A stretch of 64,000 nucleotides of DNA. Source: Escherichia virus TH44. Both the position numbers and the translations under genes were made by a program. The notes under the pieces were generated by a model. That model had not been told where the DNA came from, did no database searches, and saw only the letters and a program-made list of their open reading frames with translations. Shown piece after piece: positions 19,548 to 30,117 of the stretch; position 1 is the stretch's first letter, and each line of letters opens with the position of its first letter. The stretch is taken from the sequence record MT446415.1; one strand, written 5' to 3'.

Positions 19548-20195
19548 TTAATAATATCCAAAATCTTGTACGGAGTCTTTAAGAACGATTTGGTCAAAAC
19601 GGGGCACGTGAGCCGGGTCTGATGCTGGGTTCCTAGAGAAGAAATTAGGTGCTGACAAGTTACCTGTCATTGTTTGCAATGTACTATTATTTAGTTCTAC
19701 CTGTTGCTGGTTAGTTACATTACCAAGACCAACTTGAGCTTTTGATGGAGTATTTCCTGGAGAAAATACACGACCTGTTTCATCATAAATTTGTCGAGCT
19801 AACGTATCACCCATAACAGTAAGACGTTTTGCTCCTGTTGTAGTGTCAGGGTCAAAAATAACGAATGGTGTTCCCGTTTCAGTCTCAAATCCAAACGGCC
19901 CCTTAATACGGAAAGATGCGGTAAATGGTGTGCCGCCTGTTCTCGCTCCCAACTTAATCCCGTAACCATTTGAATCATTAAATGTCAGGCCTTGTTCGAA
20001 ATATACGTTTGCTTTATAATTACCACCAAGAGCTTTAGAAACGAAATCGTTATCGACTGCTTGTGGCTTGTTATATTCGGAATAAATTTTATAAGTTTTG
20101 AAATATAAGTCATTACTGACTGGTGTTAATGGGAAATTACCTTGGTGCCAGAGGACCGAACCTCCGGCTGTTGAGCCTAGTTTTAAATCTGCCAT
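19548..20195 (-). CDS. 36: long tail fiber distal connector gp36
   Basis: 215 aa; position and size as T4 gp36. Confidence 0.8.
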   Translation of the reverse strand: MADLKLGSTAGGSVLWHQGNFPLTPVSNDLYFKTYKIYSEYNKPQAVDNDFVSKALGGNYKANVYFEQGLTFNDSNGYGIKLGARTGGTPFTASFRIKGPFGFETETGTPFVIFDPDTTTGAKRLTVMGDTLARQIYDETGRVFSPGNTPSKAQVGLGNVTNQQQVELNNSTLQTMTGNLSAPNFFSRNPASDPAHVPRFDQIVLKDSVQDFGYY

Positions 20196-20230
20196 TTATA
20201 AGTCCTCTTCAACCGGCATATGATATTTTG

Positions 20231-20238
20231 TATTTATA
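20231..20238 (-). promoter_or_regulatory. late promoter TATAAATA for 36-37
   Basis: minus-strand TATAAATA 36 nt upstream of gp36 start. Confidence 0.5.
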
Positions 20239-20240
20239 AC

Positions 20241-20265
20241 GAAAAAAGGACTCCGAAGAGTCCTA
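20241..20265 (-). terminator. intrinsic terminator after gene 35
   Basis: minus-strand hairpin ggactcttcggagtcc followed by U6. Confidence 0.5.
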
Positions 20266-21393
20266 TTGTTTTTCCCGTAGTTCGGCTGCATATATCTTGC
20301 CGGCTCTCGGAGCTTGCGCATCTGGTAATGTTACAATTGTATTGCCTGTATTTGCTGCATCGTTTGCGTATGACATCCTTATGCCGTTGACACCAAATTC
20401 AGCTGGTTTGAATGCCGAGTCACCTCTGGTTATCTCACCAATAACAATATTACGTATTGACCCAGTTCCCACAGCTACAGTCCTTGATGTTACTACTGTA
20501 AAGCCATCGGCTCCCGCCGGAATCTCGACATATCTTTCGAAACTCGCCCAAGCACCAGCTGGAACGTTTGTTGCAATATCGATGTTTGTATTTGATATTG
20601 GAGAAGTGCTAGGACTTTTAAAGAATCGAACCGAAGTCCTTACAGTCCCGATGGCTTTCAGTTCAGCGTCAAATGACATCTGAAACTTCAGGTAAAGCAC
20701 ATCCAAAGGTAAAAGGTTATAGGTGCTCATAGGAGTCACCAGGTCCTCTGTGGGGAACCTTCTAATTGCGGTTGATGTTCCATCACCTGTTGATGAATAC
20801 GTGCTCTCGTCTTCCGTTATGCGCACAGGATAGCCTGTTGCTCCTATATCACTAAAGGTATCATAAATTACTTCAAGTGGAGTCGAAACATCCTCAACTA
20901 ACTTCCCGTCATTATACTTAACATGCTCCGAAACAATTACGTTCCGGCCGGTTATGTAAAAAGCCGAGTACGATGTATCAACTTTATCAATCAGCCATTT
21001 CTCGGGGAATGCTCTTGAACCGCATTTACGAAACCAGTCAATTAATGTCTGTGAAGCATTTAATTTCCCAGAAGAAATAAAAGCAATCAATCTTCCGGCT
21101 GGTACAGATTCCACAAAGGTGATTAATGCCTGACTGATTACATCGTGTGTGCTGGTCAATGAATAGTTTTTCGTGTTAACAATTTTATTCGTAGTTGTAT
21201 CAATTTCTAATAGAGTCAAACCATTACCAAAAGTAGTTGGTCCGATTCGTTCATCCTGAAATTTGATATACGATTTCACCGTGGAAAGAGTACAGCTCCC
21301 TGCTATACTCATTTTAAATTTAACGGCATTATTTTCTGATATAACTGGCGTTTGGACGTATCCTTGTCCAAACTCTGCCATAAATTTTTCCAT
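20263..21393 (-). CDS. 35: long tail fiber hinge connector gp35
   Basis: 376 aa; position and size as T4 gp35. Confidence 0.8.
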   Translation of the reverse strand: MEKFMAEFGQGYVQTPVISENNAVKFKMSIAGSCTLSTVKSYIKFQDERIGPTTFGNGLTLLEIDTTTNKIVNTKNYSLTSTHDVISQALITFVESVPAGRLIAFISSGKLNASQTLIDWFRKCGSRAFPEKWLIDKVDTSYSAFYITGRNVIVSEHVKYNDGKLVEDVSTPLEVIYDTFSDIGATGYPVRITEDESTYSSTGDGTSTAIRRFPTEDLVTPMSTYNLLPLDVLYLKFQMSFDAELKAIGTVRTSVRFFKSPSTSPISNTNIDIATNVPAGAWASFERYVEIPAGADGFTVVTSRTVAVGTGSIRNIVIGEITRGDSAFKPAEFGVNGIRMSYANDAANTGNTIVTLPDAQAPRAGKIYAAELREKQ

Positions 21394-21401
21394 ATTACCT
21401 C

Positions 21402-24400
21402 TTATTCAACCCATTCAAACTTAACGGATTTAGTGGTCGGGTCTGGGATGATGCGTACGTTACCAATACGTAACCAATCGAGAATGGTTAAGTTCCCCAT
21501 CGTTGTGTTGTCAGCCGGTAATGCGCCAACATCCTCTGCAGACGGAGGGTTATCCGCGGTGTAAACCATTGCGAAAGTCGTCCATGCAGATTTATTTTTC
21601 TGCCACGTACGAGTATAACGAATAGTACCACCGTTCAATCCAGTTGGATAGCAAACCCAATCTTGATAGCACGAATCCAGCGTATTACCAAACTGAGTTA
21701 ATGTACCAGGATATTTAATTTGTTTATCACGAACCGAATAGTCAAACCAGGTTCCGCGCAGTTTTTGACCAGAGCTGCCTAATACTTCATCACCGAGTGT
21801 ACCATCGTCATTACGATAACGAATAGCAGGCGAGGCGAAAGTTCCATTTTCAGTTAACCAACCAGAAGCATTCCAAACTTCATCAGTTACCCCGACAGGT
21901 TTAGTTTGAACTGTATCAATGTTTACCTGACGTTTTAACTTCATTGTCCAATAACCAGGGAACTGGCTATAAGTCGGTTCATCATTGATATCGACAGACC
22001 AGAAGCCAACAGTATCTGCAGTCGGAGCTTGTGCGATAAGACTTGGTTTCGTACCGAATACACGGACCGGAGCATTCACACGGAGCACACCAGACATTGT
22101 ATCACCGGCTTGGTTAACAAAGTTTCTATCTACAATCTCAACAGCGTTTTTCTCGGTAAGGACTTTAAATGCACCGCCACCATTTGCTATGATATTACCA
22201 GCATCAAGAGTTTTAAGCACTAAATTCTGCGAGTTATCACCCAGAGACAGAGTTGCACCAGAAGTTTCACCCGTTGTGGTTGCGATAGTACGACCATTTA
22301 GAACGTAATTATTTTTGGCTTGAACATCATTTCCGGCGCTAAGGTTGTTCAATACAGCAGCATTACCCGAGGCGGTGTTTAATGTCAATACGTTAGTCGT
22401 ATCGCCAATAGTCATTGTCGTTCCGGTGGAAGGAGCGGTGATTTTCCACTTGTTAGTTCCGTTAACAACATTCACAGTTCCGAACGTCGAAGTGCCAGCC
22501 GTTACATCAGTAAACACTGCAGTGCTCGTCGATACAACCGGAGCAGAGATATTTGTCTGTTTAGTAAGAGTTAACGCACCTTCAACAGTCTGAGCAATAT
22601 CACGACGAATAAACTGGGTCGAATCAAGGCTATCAAGTTTTTCGGCATTAACAGCCATCGCATTTATCGGTAAGAAGTTTTGCAATACGCGGTTTAATTC
22701 GTAAGGCGAAACTGCATATCCAGATTTTGCATAGCTAACCAGTTTACTTGGGTCCGGAGTATACACACCATTTGCATATGTAAATCCTGCGCCTGTCGTT
22801 GTAGTTGCGGCCGAAGTAGCTGCACCAGAAGATAAACGAACAAATCCGCGCAGTGTTTCAGATGCTTCCCAGGTTGTTTCCGTTTGAGCAATATATTTCA
22901 GCGCCGACGGACTGATGGCCAATACTTTTGATGTACCTGCTGTTGCTTCTGCGTTTGTCGCGATTCGAACAATACCTTCGGCATTTTCAGTGGCTTTTTT
23001 CGACATCAATTTAAGCGGGGTAACGATTGTTTTATCGTCAGTGCCGGTATTGACTTCGCCCTGAGTTGCTAATCTTGCCGTGCCGCGTTGAGTCTCATTT
23101 GCTTCAAGAATATTCAGGCTATAATGGTCCCAGAGCGTCCCTGTTTCTACTAAACCACTTAATGCATTAACAGAAGTACGAGCAGTATTATTAAATCTAG
23201 TTTTAATTTTTAATGGAGTTGAGATACGAGTATCATCAGTTCCAGTATCAAATTCTGATTGCGTAGCAATCTCGGCTATGCCGGTTAACGTTTCTGATGC
23301 TTTACGGTCATTTAACGTTTTAGGAGTCACAGCTCTGGTATAATCGGTTCCTGCATCTGTTTCTACTTGAGTTGCAATCTCGATTAAACCGATACGGGAA
23401 TCAAGAGCAGTTTTGCGATGCAACATTTCTGGAGTAACGACTGCGTTTGCCCAGCCGGATTGAGAAGTACCAGCAATTACTTCACTTTCAACCGCAAGAA
23501 TAACTGCACCTTGCTGAGTGTAAGTAGCTTTGTACTGGTCAAGAGCTTTCGGAGAAACAACCAGATTAACCGTATTTTTATTATAAACGTTTGTACCATT
23601 TAATTCACGCGAAGCAGCAGGGGTTGCACCGGTTGTTGAAACGTAAGTTACAATACCAGATAGCGATTCCGAGCCCTGGCGCGCTTGCAGTTTCTTCGGA
23701 GTGATAATTGTGGTATCATCTACACCTGCATCGGTTTCTTGCTGTGTGGCGAGTTCTGCGAGCCCACGTCTCGTTTCTGTTGCTGTACGTTCATTGAGTT
23801 TTTTCGGAGAAATAATTACATCATCAACAAATGCAAAATCACTGTTCTGATTTACTTGAGCAGTCGTTGCGATTCTGGCAATACCTCGTTGGTTCTCTTT
23901 AGCGACACGGTTGGCCAAAGTCTGAGGGGTAATTGCGAGTTCTTTCTCTGGGTTATTTTCATGGTCAACGTTTGCCTGAGTCTGGTTTGCCAGAGCAATA
24001 ACACCAAGGCGTGCACGCGTGGAATCATTTAATGAGTCAACTCGTTCAACAGTAGGAACGTTTTGAGCGACAACCCAATAACTTTTTCCAGATACTTTAT
24101 CTTCCGCATATGACAATTCAATAACCGGAGTATAACTGATATTACCATTAAAGGTCAATGAATCAACCAGCACCCAAGTTGTATCCGGTGGATACTCGGA
24201 ACGTTTAGGGAATTGCAGCAATTTAATGTCAGATGCAATCTTATCACCAACAGCAGCTCTTATATTAACAGTCTGTGATTTACGGAGATAGTTCAGTGCA
24301 ATCTTAACAATGTCGCCTTGCAAAACATCAGTTGGTAAATCGATATTAATCGTTGCCGGAGTTGAATTATCTTCACCGAATACAATGATGCTTTCGTTTG

Positions 24401-25358
24401 GTAAAAGTTTAACACTATCGCGAATAATACGCAGACGAGTTTTATTATCACCGTCCCAAACATGCCAGAGTTTTTCGGCAGCATTATAAACGAAGAAACC
24501 ATCACCTGTAGTACGGAATTCCATTTGATGCTGGCCAGCTTTTCCAAGACTGGAACTGGTGTCAAAAGTTTCAACCATCAGGTGGAACGTTGGTCCCATG
24601 CCATCGATATCAACAGATTTGACAATATCGCCCTGGTTTGCATACTTAGGAAGAATGAAAGTAATCGGTGCACCAGTTGTATAACGACGCATAATAAAGT
24701 CGCCAGCTTGTGCATGGAAACGACCTGTCGATGGTTCTACTCTGATACCACGTTCTTCGTTGCCAGCTTCCCAAAATTGCCACAGGCGGTTTGAAAAGAT
24801 AAGCATGTTATAAGAGAATGGTTTGGTAATTAAAACTTCCGGATACTGATTACCAAAGCGAACAATCTTTTGGTTACCTGCCCCTGGTACGTTGCTTGAC
24901 TGGATTTTAATTTCATTGTAACCAACGTTCCCACCGATATCTTTAATAACGATGGTATCGCCATCAACCGGGTTTGGAGGCAATGTAAATGTGGTAAAGC
25001 TTGCAGCCGAGTCGACGGCGATAAATTCACCCGAGTTAAGCTGACGAGTTGGAGATGCAACAGTTTCCCATTTCGGGTCAGTACGAGTTGCTAACCAATA
25101 CTGAGGGGTAAATGCTCCAGCTGGTGCCGGAATATCACGTTGAGCAACCCAAATACGGTTATCGTTAATAACTGCAAAGTTCTTTTTGTATCCGCGCGTT
25201 GCATCATATTGTTGAACTGTGTTTTCTTCTATAAAGAAATCTACGTTAACGCCGTCTGATAAAACTGAGTAATCAGCTTTTGCGACATTAATGACTTTCT
25301 CACCAGCAGCATCGAGACCGGATGTTGCTCTGAATGCTGGTTTTAAAATATCGGCCAT
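21402..25358 (-). CDS. 34: long tail fiber proximal subunit gp34
   Basis: 1318 aa; repetitive fibre-like sequence; synteny. Confidence 0.9.
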   Translation of the reverse strand: MADILKPAFRATSGLDAAGEKVINVAKADYSVLSDGVNVDFFIEENTVQQYDATRGYKKNFAVINDNRIWVAQRDIPAPAGAFTPQYWLATRTDPKWETVASPTRQLNSGEFIAVDSAASFTTFTLPPNPVDGDTIVIKDIGGNVGYNEIKIQSSNVPGAGNQKIVRFGNQYPEVLITKPFSYNMLIFSNRLWQFWEAGNEERGIRVEPSTGRFHAQAGDFIMRRYTTGAPITFILPKYANQGDIVKSVDIDGMGPTFHLMVETFDTSSSLGKAGQHQMEFRTTGDGFFVYNAAEKLWHVWDGDNKTRLRIIRDSVKLLPNESIIVFGEDNSTPATINIDLPTDVLQGDIVKIALNYLRKSQTVNIRAAVGDKIASDIKLLQFPKRSEYPPDTTWVLVDSLTFNGNISYTPVIELSYAEDKVSGKSYWVVAQNVPTVERVDSLNDSTRARLGVIALANQTQANVDHENNPEKELAITPQTLANRVAKENQRGIARIATTAQVNQNSDFAFVDDVIISPKKLNERTATETRRGLAELATQQETDAGVDDTTIITPKKLQARQGSESLSGIVTYVSTTGATPAASRELNGTNVYNKNTVNLVVSPKALDQYKATYTQQGAVILAVESEVIAGTSQSGWANAVVTPEMLHRKTALDSRIGLIEIATQVETDAGTDYTRAVTPKTLNDRKASETLTGIAEIATQSEFDTGTDDTRISTPLKIKTRFNNTARTSVNALSGLVETGTLWDHYSLNILEANETQRGTARLATQGEVNTGTDDKTIVTPLKLMSKKATENAEGIVRIATNAEATAGTSKVLAISPSALKYIAQTETTWEASETLRGFVRLSSGAATSAATTTTGAGFTYANGVYTPDPSKLVSYAKSGYAVSPYELNRVLQNFLPINAMAVNAEKLDSLDSTQFIRRDIAQTVEGALTLTKQTNISAPVVSTSTAVFTDVTAGTSTFGTVNVVNGTNKWKITAPSTGTTMTIGDTTNVLTLNTASGNAAVLNNLSAGNDVQAKNNYVLNGRTIATTTGETSGATLSLGDNSQNLVLKTLDAGNIIANGGGAFKVLTEKNAVEIVDRNFVNQAGDTMSGVLRVNAPVRVFGTKPSLIAQAPTADTVGFWSVDINDEPTYSQFPGYWTMKLKRQVNIDTVQTKPVGVTDEVWNASGWLTENGTFASPAIRYRNDDGTLGDEVLGSSGQKLRGTWFDYSVRDKQIKYPGTLTQFGNTLDSCYQDWVCYPTGLNGGTIRYTRTWQKNKSAWTTFAMVYTADNPPSAEDVGALPADNTTMGNLTILDWLRIGNVRIIPDPTTKSVKFEWVE

Positions 25359-25388
25359 GTGCTTTATCCTTATTGATTGGTATATGTG

Positions 25389-25396
25389 TATTTATA
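25389..25396 (-). promoter_or_regulatory. late promoter TATAAATA for gene 34
   Basis: minus-strand TATAAATA 31 nt upstream of gp34 start, in divergent 34/rnh intergenic. Confidence 0.55.
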
Positions 25397-25453
25397 TTGC
25401 TTTAAAAATTTTATGCTAATATAATCGAGTCAACTAATTGAACAGAGGTTCAT

Positions 25454-26398
25454 ATGAATTTAGATTTTTTACTCCCTGAAGAAGACCGTCAAAAAGATGG
25501 TTTTCAGTTACTCGATTTTAGTCAGCTCATCATGGCTGCAGCCTTCCAGGAATTCGGCAAAGACGCGGGCTTTCCGAAGGTAACAACTGCAATGACCAGG
25601 CACCTGGTTCTAAACTCCATCCGAAAAAATATTGTACAGTTCAAGAAGCTCGGTTATACGATTCCGATTATTTGTGTTGATAACTCGAAGAACGGTTATT
25701 GGCGCCGGACTAAATCTTATTATTATAAGAAAAACCGTGCGAAAGCTCGTGAAGAGTCTCAATTCGATTGGGAAGGTCTACATGCTGCCATGCACATCAT
25801 CATCGATGAAATGGAAAAACATATGCCTTACATCGTGATGAATATGGATAAAGTCGAGGCTGATGACCATATTGCAGTATTAACGAAGTTGCTCACTGGT
25901 CTAGGACATCCGGTTATGATTGTTTCTTCGGATGGTGACTTTACACAGTTGCATAAATTCCCTGGGGTGAAACAATGGTCCCCGATGCAGAAAAAATATG
26001 TCAAAACTAAATCAGGCGATGCCCTTATGGATTGCGTGACAAAGGTTGTTAAAGGTGACAAAAAAGATAACGTGTCAAGCATCAAGGTTCGTGGTGATTT
26101 TTATTACACTCATGAAGAAGGTGAACGTACTCCATCGACCCGTGCAACCGAGCTTGAACAAATTGCACTCAACTATTACGACCATGACGTGCTGAAAACG
26201 CTTTTAACAGAAGAGCAATATAATAGATTCTGTGAAAACCAATTGTTGATTGATATGGACTTTATCCCAACGGAAATATCCGCTTCAATCTTAGAACGAT
26301 ATAATAACTACGTTATCCCAGCCAAAAGTAAAGTTTATCCTTACTTTGTTAAGTCTGGTCTGTCTAAACTAACTGCAAACATTGCTGAATTTTATTAA
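25454..26398 (+). CDS. rnh: RNase H (5'-3' exonuclease / flap endonuclease)
   Basis: 314 aa; extensive identity to T4 RNase H (GYWRR, YYKKNR.KAREES.WDWEG, SSDGDFTQLHK, KQWSPM). Confidence 0.95.
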   Translation: MNLDFLLPEEDRQKDGFQLLDFSQLIMAAAFQEFGKDAGFPKVTTAMTRHLVLNSIRKNIVQFKKLGYTIPIICVDNSKNGYWRRTKSYYYKKNRAKAREESQFDWEGLHAAMHIIIDEMEKHMPYIVMNMDKVEADDHIAVLTKLLTGLGHPVMIVSSDGDFTQLHKFPGVKQWSPMQKKYVKTKSGDALMDCVTKVVKGDKKDNVSSIKVRGDFYYTHEEGERTPSTRATELEQIALNYYDHDVLKTLLTEEQYNRFCENQLLIDMDFIPTEISASILERYNNYVIPAKSKVYPYFVKSGLSKLTANIAEFY

Positions 26399-26406
26399 GG
26401 TATATT

Positions 26407-26676
26407 ATGAAAGAGAAAAAAGTGAAAGTTGAATTTTGTCCCGATACTCATGGCGCTGAACTGGCCAAGCTGATTAAAGCTGCTTCCGATACCAAATTAA
26501 AAATGGAAGCATATGCAGACGAAATTAAAGACCTTAAAGACAAGGCAAAAACTGAATTAGGCGTTGACGGTAAGATGTTCAATACACAGCTCGGCCTGTA
26601 TCATAAAGGCACTCGTGAGCGTTTTGAAGATGAAAAAACCGAAGCTGTGGAGCTCTATGATGTCCTCTTTAGTTAA
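26407..26676 (+). CDS. dsbA: dsDNA-binding protein DsbA
   Basis: 89 aa; similarity to T4 DsbA (ELGVDGKMFN, LYHK, VELYD.LFS). Confidence 0.85.
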   Translation: MKEKKVKVEFCPDTHGAELAKLIKAASDTKLKMEAYADEIKDLKDKAKTELGVDGKMFNTQLGLYHKGTRERFEDEKTEAVELYDVLFS

Positions 26677-26950
26677 TTTTGATACACAGAAAACTGAATC
26701 GCCTTCCGGGGCGATTAGTAAGCAGCAAAACGGGCTTGATATTGAAGCCATGGTCGAGACAACTGAAATGTCTTATCTGGAAGCTGCGACTGCCTGGTTG
26801 GAAGAACGTGGAATTCCTGAAGGCAATTTTGCTCGATATATCCCTGCGGGAATCGTCGATAAGATTATGAATGAAGCATATGATGATAACTTGCTTCGCC
26901 CGAGTATGTCTCGTACACAGAAAACTAATACGCTGGACTTTTTGTTATGA
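26657..26950 (+). CDS. 33: late transcription accessory protein gp33
   Basis: ATG 26657 overlapping dsbA end; C-terminal TLDFLL; synteny dsbA-33-59. Confidence 0.75.
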   Translation: MMSSLVNFDTQKTESPSGAISKQQNGLDIEAMVETTEMSYLEAATAWLEERGIPEGNFARYIPAGIVDKIMNEAYDDNLLRPSMSRTQKTNTLDFLL

Positions 26951-27615
26951 TTACGATTCGCATGCCTCCAAATAACAACCGATATATAAATGGTAAATCA
27001 GTATATCAACTGTACTTATCCATCAAACAGCATTTTTCGGGTCGTTATGATATTATCAAATATAACTGGACCATGCGAATCTCCGATAGTGCTTATCAAA
27101 AACGTCGCGATAAGTATTTTTTCGAAAAGCTTAGCGATAAGTACACTCTTAAAGAATTAACGTTAATATTCATGTCAAACCTGGTCGCGAACCAGGATGC
27201 ATGGATAGGCGATATAAGTGATGCCGATGCTCTGATATTTTATAGAGAATACATTGGCAGACTTAAAAGAATTAGACAAGTATACGAAGATGATATAAAG
27301 AACATCTATTACTTCAGTAAGAAAGTCGAAGTCAAATCGCTCCAAGAGATTTTCGAGTATAATACTAAAGTGAATACAAGTTATATTTTCAAACTTCTCC
27401 AATCGAATGTTATCTCATTTGAAACGTTTTGTTTGCTTGATTCATTTTTAGGTATTATAAATAAACATGATGAACAGACTAACGACTTGGTTTGGGAAAA
27501 GTATTCAACCAAACTAAATGCCTATAAGAAAATCTTAAATATAGATTCTCTTGAAGCTCGTAAATTGTTCATCGAGACCGTTAAAAACTGTCAAATAACG
27601 CTTCAATCACTTTGA
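26947..27615 (+). CDS. 59: helicase loader gp59
   Basis: 222 aa; very high similarity to T4 gp59 throughout. Confidence 0.95.
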   Translation: MITIRMPPNNNRYINGKSVYQLYLSIKQHFSGRYDIIKYNWTMRISDSAYQKRRDKYFFEKLSDKYTLKELTLIFMSNLVANQDAWIGDISDADALIFYREYIGRLKRIRQVYEDDIKNIYYFSKKVEVKSLQEIFEYNTKVNTSYIFKLLQSNVISFETFCLLDSFLGIINKHDEQTNDLVWEKYSTKLNAYKKILNIDSLEARKLFIETVKNCQITLQSL

Positions 27616-27675
27616 AGTATAATTAATACGTAATCAAAACAACTGCTAAAAATCAAATAATCTAAGGAAAATCAT

Positions 27676-28587
27676 ATGTCTATGTTTAAACGTAAAAACC
27701 CTGCTGACCTGGCTGCTTCCCTTAATGCACTGAAAGGTGGTGCTGGTTTCTCTTCTGACGATAAAAAAGAATGGAAACTGAAAGATACTGATGGCGTCGG
27801 CTCTGCGGTTATTCGTTTCCTGCCTTCTAAGAATGAAGAAAATCCATCTCCATTCATCAAGCTCGTTAACCACGGCTTTAAAAATGCTGGTCAATGGTAT
27901 ATTGAAAACTGTACTTCTACTCACGGCGATTATGAAAACTGCCCTGTGTGTGCGTACATGAATAAGAATGACCTGTACAATACAAACGAATCCGAATATC
28001 GTAAACTGAAGCGTAATACTTCTTACTGGGCTAACATCCTGGTCATTAAAGACCCTGCTGTTCCGTCTAACGAAGGTCAAGTATTCAAATATCGCTTCGG
28101 TAAGAAAATCATGGACAAAATCAACCAGATGGTTGAAGTCGATGTTGACATGGGCGAAGAAGCTGTTGATGTAACTTGTCCGTTTGATGGTGCAAACTTC
28201 GTACTGAAATCTAAACTGGTTTCCGGTTATAAAAACTACGATGATTCCAAATTCATGAACCAGTCTGAAATCGCCGGCATCAATGATGAAGCATTCCAGA
28301 AAAAACTTTGGGACGACATGTCCGACCTGAATGAATTGCTGGTATTTAAATCTCTTGAAGAGAATCAGAAGAAATTCTCTAAAGTAATGGGTACAGCTGC
28401 TCTCGGTGGTGCTGCTTCTAAAGCTGCTGCACAAGCCGATAAACTGGGCGCTGACCTGGACGATTTTGATAAAGATATGGAAGACTTCACTTCCAGCAAA
28501 CCTGCTAAGTCTGAACGCACTGCGACTGCTCCAAGCACTCCAGAGCCTTCTGATGATGGTCTTGACGACCTTCTGGCTGGCCTTTAA
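27676..28587 (+). CDS. 32: ssDNA-binding protein gp32
   Basis: 303 aa; MFKRK...IRFLPSKN...[23 protein letters not shown]; acidic C-terminus. Confidence 0.95.
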   Translation: MSMFKRKNPADLAASLNALKGGAGFSSDDKKEWKLKDTDGVGSAVIRFLPSKNEENPSPFIKLVNHGFKNAGQWYIENCTSTHGDYENCPVCAYMNKNDLYNTNESEYRKLKRNTSYWANILVIKDPAVPSNEGQVFKYRFGKKIMDKINQMVEVDVDMGEEAVDVTCPFDGANFVLKSKLVSGYKNYDDSKFMNQSEIAGINDEAFQKKLWDDMSDLNELLVFKSLEENQKKFSKVMGTAALGGAASKAAAQADKLGADLDDFDKDMEDFTSSKPAKSERTATAPSTPEPSDDGLDDLLAGL

Positions 28588-28592
28588 TATAA

Positions 28593-28620
28593 GGGGACCT
28601 TCGGGTCCCTTTTTTATTTT
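28593..28620 (+). terminator. intrinsic terminator ggggaccttcgggtccc + T-run
   Basis: GC hairpin followed by tttttatttt. Confidence 0.6.
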
Positions 28621-28697
28621 CAAAAAGTAGTGTACAAGCCCCTTGAGCTAAGGCATAATGATTCCATCAACTACTGATAACAACTGAGGAAATAAAA
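28621..28697 (+). promoter_or_regulatory. early promoter cassette (PeSL-like), type B
   Basis: caaaaagtagTGTACAagcccctt ... CATAAT 28654-28659, gattccatcaactactga. Confidence 0.55.
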
Positions 28698-29060
28698 ATG
28701 GAAATCGGCAAAAAATATGAGTTCAATCCGCATCGTATTAAATCTTTCATTGGCATTAGTTCATCGAATGCTAGTATGGTCGACATCATCCAAGAAAATG
28801 GTGGTTGGTTTGAAGTTAAATCAATATCAAGTTTAGACGGCTATGATTATGTAACCGAAATCATTTGTGCTAATGGTGCAATCTATAATGATGATGGCAT
28901 GGGTGATGATTATTTTGAACTTAGTGAAGAAGAGTTTTATTGCTTCCGTGAATACTCCAATTATACAAAAACACCTTCGGGGGCGGTTTCTATTAATTGT
29001 GTTGTAGATGCTAATAACGTCGACCAAATCATTGAACTTCTACAAAAAGCTTTCAAATAG
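28698..29060 (+). CDS. hypothetical protein, paralog family (GK.Y / DYFELSEEEF)
   Basis: 120 aa; alignable with ORF 29410 and N-terminally with ORF 42428. Confidence 0.55.
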   Translation: MEIGKKYEFNPHRIKSFIGISSSNASMVDIIQENGGWFEVKSISSLDGYDYVTEIICANGAIYNDDGMGDDYFELSEEEFYCFREYSNYTKTPSGAVSINCVVDANNVDQIIELLQKAFK

Positions 29061-29061
29061 C

Positions 29062-29122
29062 AGTTTACAATGGGTCTATGGTTGAGATACTATAGACCTA
29101 TCAACTACATGAGGAAAATAAA
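29062..29122 (+). promoter_or_regulatory. early promoter cassette (PeSL-like), type B variant
   Basis: GTTTAC 29063-29068; inverted repeat ggtctat/atagacc around -10; gacctatcaactacatgagg. Confidence 0.5.
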
Positions 29123-29350
29123 ATGGCTAAGGTTAATATTGATATCGTTGATTTTGAATACACTTACGAAGTTATTCGTAATCGGTATCCTTCTTTGTGT
29201 ATGACTTACATTAAAGATACCCAATTCTTTAGTATTCAAATTGAAGTTCAAGGTCCTCTTGAAGACCTTACCCGCTTTATGCAAAATGAATATTGCGAAG
29301 GGATGCACCCGGAAGACGCTAAATTTTATATGAATTTGATTGAAGCTTAA
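29123..29350 (+). CDS. hypothetical protein (75 aa)
   Basis: ORF after cassette. Confidence 0.5.
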   Translation: MAKVNIDIVDFEYTYEVIRNRYPSLCMTYIKDTQFFSIQIEVQGPLEDLTRFMQNEYCEGMHPEDAKFYMNLIEA

Positions 29351-29409
29351 TATACAAACCAACGGGAACATGATAATATGTTCCCTCAATTGAATATGAG
29401 GAAATTAAA
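29351..29409 (+). promoter_or_regulatory. early promoter with hairpin-embedded -10
   Basis: gggaacat-GATAAT-atgttccc inverted repeat. Confidence 0.45.
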
Positions 29410-29784
29410 ATGATGGAAACTGGTAAATTTTACGTATTAGACCCTGCTGCTAAAAAACAATTCATCGCTGGTAGCCCTGATGATAATTATAATTCATGCA
29501 TGGTCAAGTTGATGGAACAGCATGGCAGTTCCTTCAAAGTCCTGGATATGAGTTATATTGAAGGTGATTATTTTGTTGAAAAAGTTGAAATGAAAGATGG
29601 CACTATCCTGAATAGTATGGGTGGACCTGATGAGTACTTTGAACTCGCTGAATGGGAATTCTGTCACTTCCTGGAAGTTGATGGCGATGCTCCTGATGTT
29701 GATACCCAAACCATTCATGTGCAAGTCAATCACAAAAATGCCGCAGAAGTCATTGCACTGATTAAAGCAACTTTTGGGGTCTAA
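29410..29784 (+). CDS. hypothetical protein, paralog of ORF 28698
   Basis: 124 aa; shared ME.GK.Y, FKV, EYFELAEWEF, C-terminal helix. Confidence 0.55.
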   Translation: MMETGKFYVLDPAAKKQFIAGSPDDNYNSCMVKLMEQHGSSFKVLDMSYIEGDYFVEKVEMKDGTILNSMGGPDEYFELAEWEFCHFLEVDGDAPDVDTQTIHVQVNHKNAAEVIALIKATFGV

Positions 29785-30040
29785 CATGACTAAAGATGAT
29801 TTCCTGGATGCAGTAGAAAAAGCAAGCGAACAATTTGAAGTAATGGGTGTACGAGTTCATAAAGACAGAAATTATGGTCTGGATGTTCAAACATACTCAT
29901 TATGGCTTGTTGGTGAACACAGTCTTGCAACCAATCTTGTTATGGGGGTTGATACTCATCCTTTATTAGTTAAGTTCAGAAGTATGGAAAAAGCCACCAA
30001 GGAAATGATTAAACTTGGCAAATGGCTTGATAAAATTTAA
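29774..30040 (+). CDS. hypothetical protein (88 aa)
   Basis: ORF overlapping previous stop. Confidence 0.5.
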   Translation: MGSNMTKDDFLDAVEKASEQFEVMGVRVHKDRNYGLDVQTYSLWLVGEHSLATNLVMGVDTHPLLVKFRSMEKATKEMIKLGKWLDKI

Positions 30041-30117
30041 AAAGTAGTGTACAACCAAATGGGGCTATGACATAATGGTCCCATACTGAGTTAACAACTA
30101 AAACACTGGAGAATAAA
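30041..30117 (+). promoter_or_regulatory. early promoter cassette (PeSL-like), type A
   Basis: aaaagtagTGTACAa ... CATAAT 30071-30076, ggtcccatactgagttaac...ctggagaataaaATG. Confidence 0.55.

Noticed and set aside
26564-26950. 128-aa version of gp33
   Set aside because: First 31 codons overlap dsbA in another frame; start moved to ATG 26657
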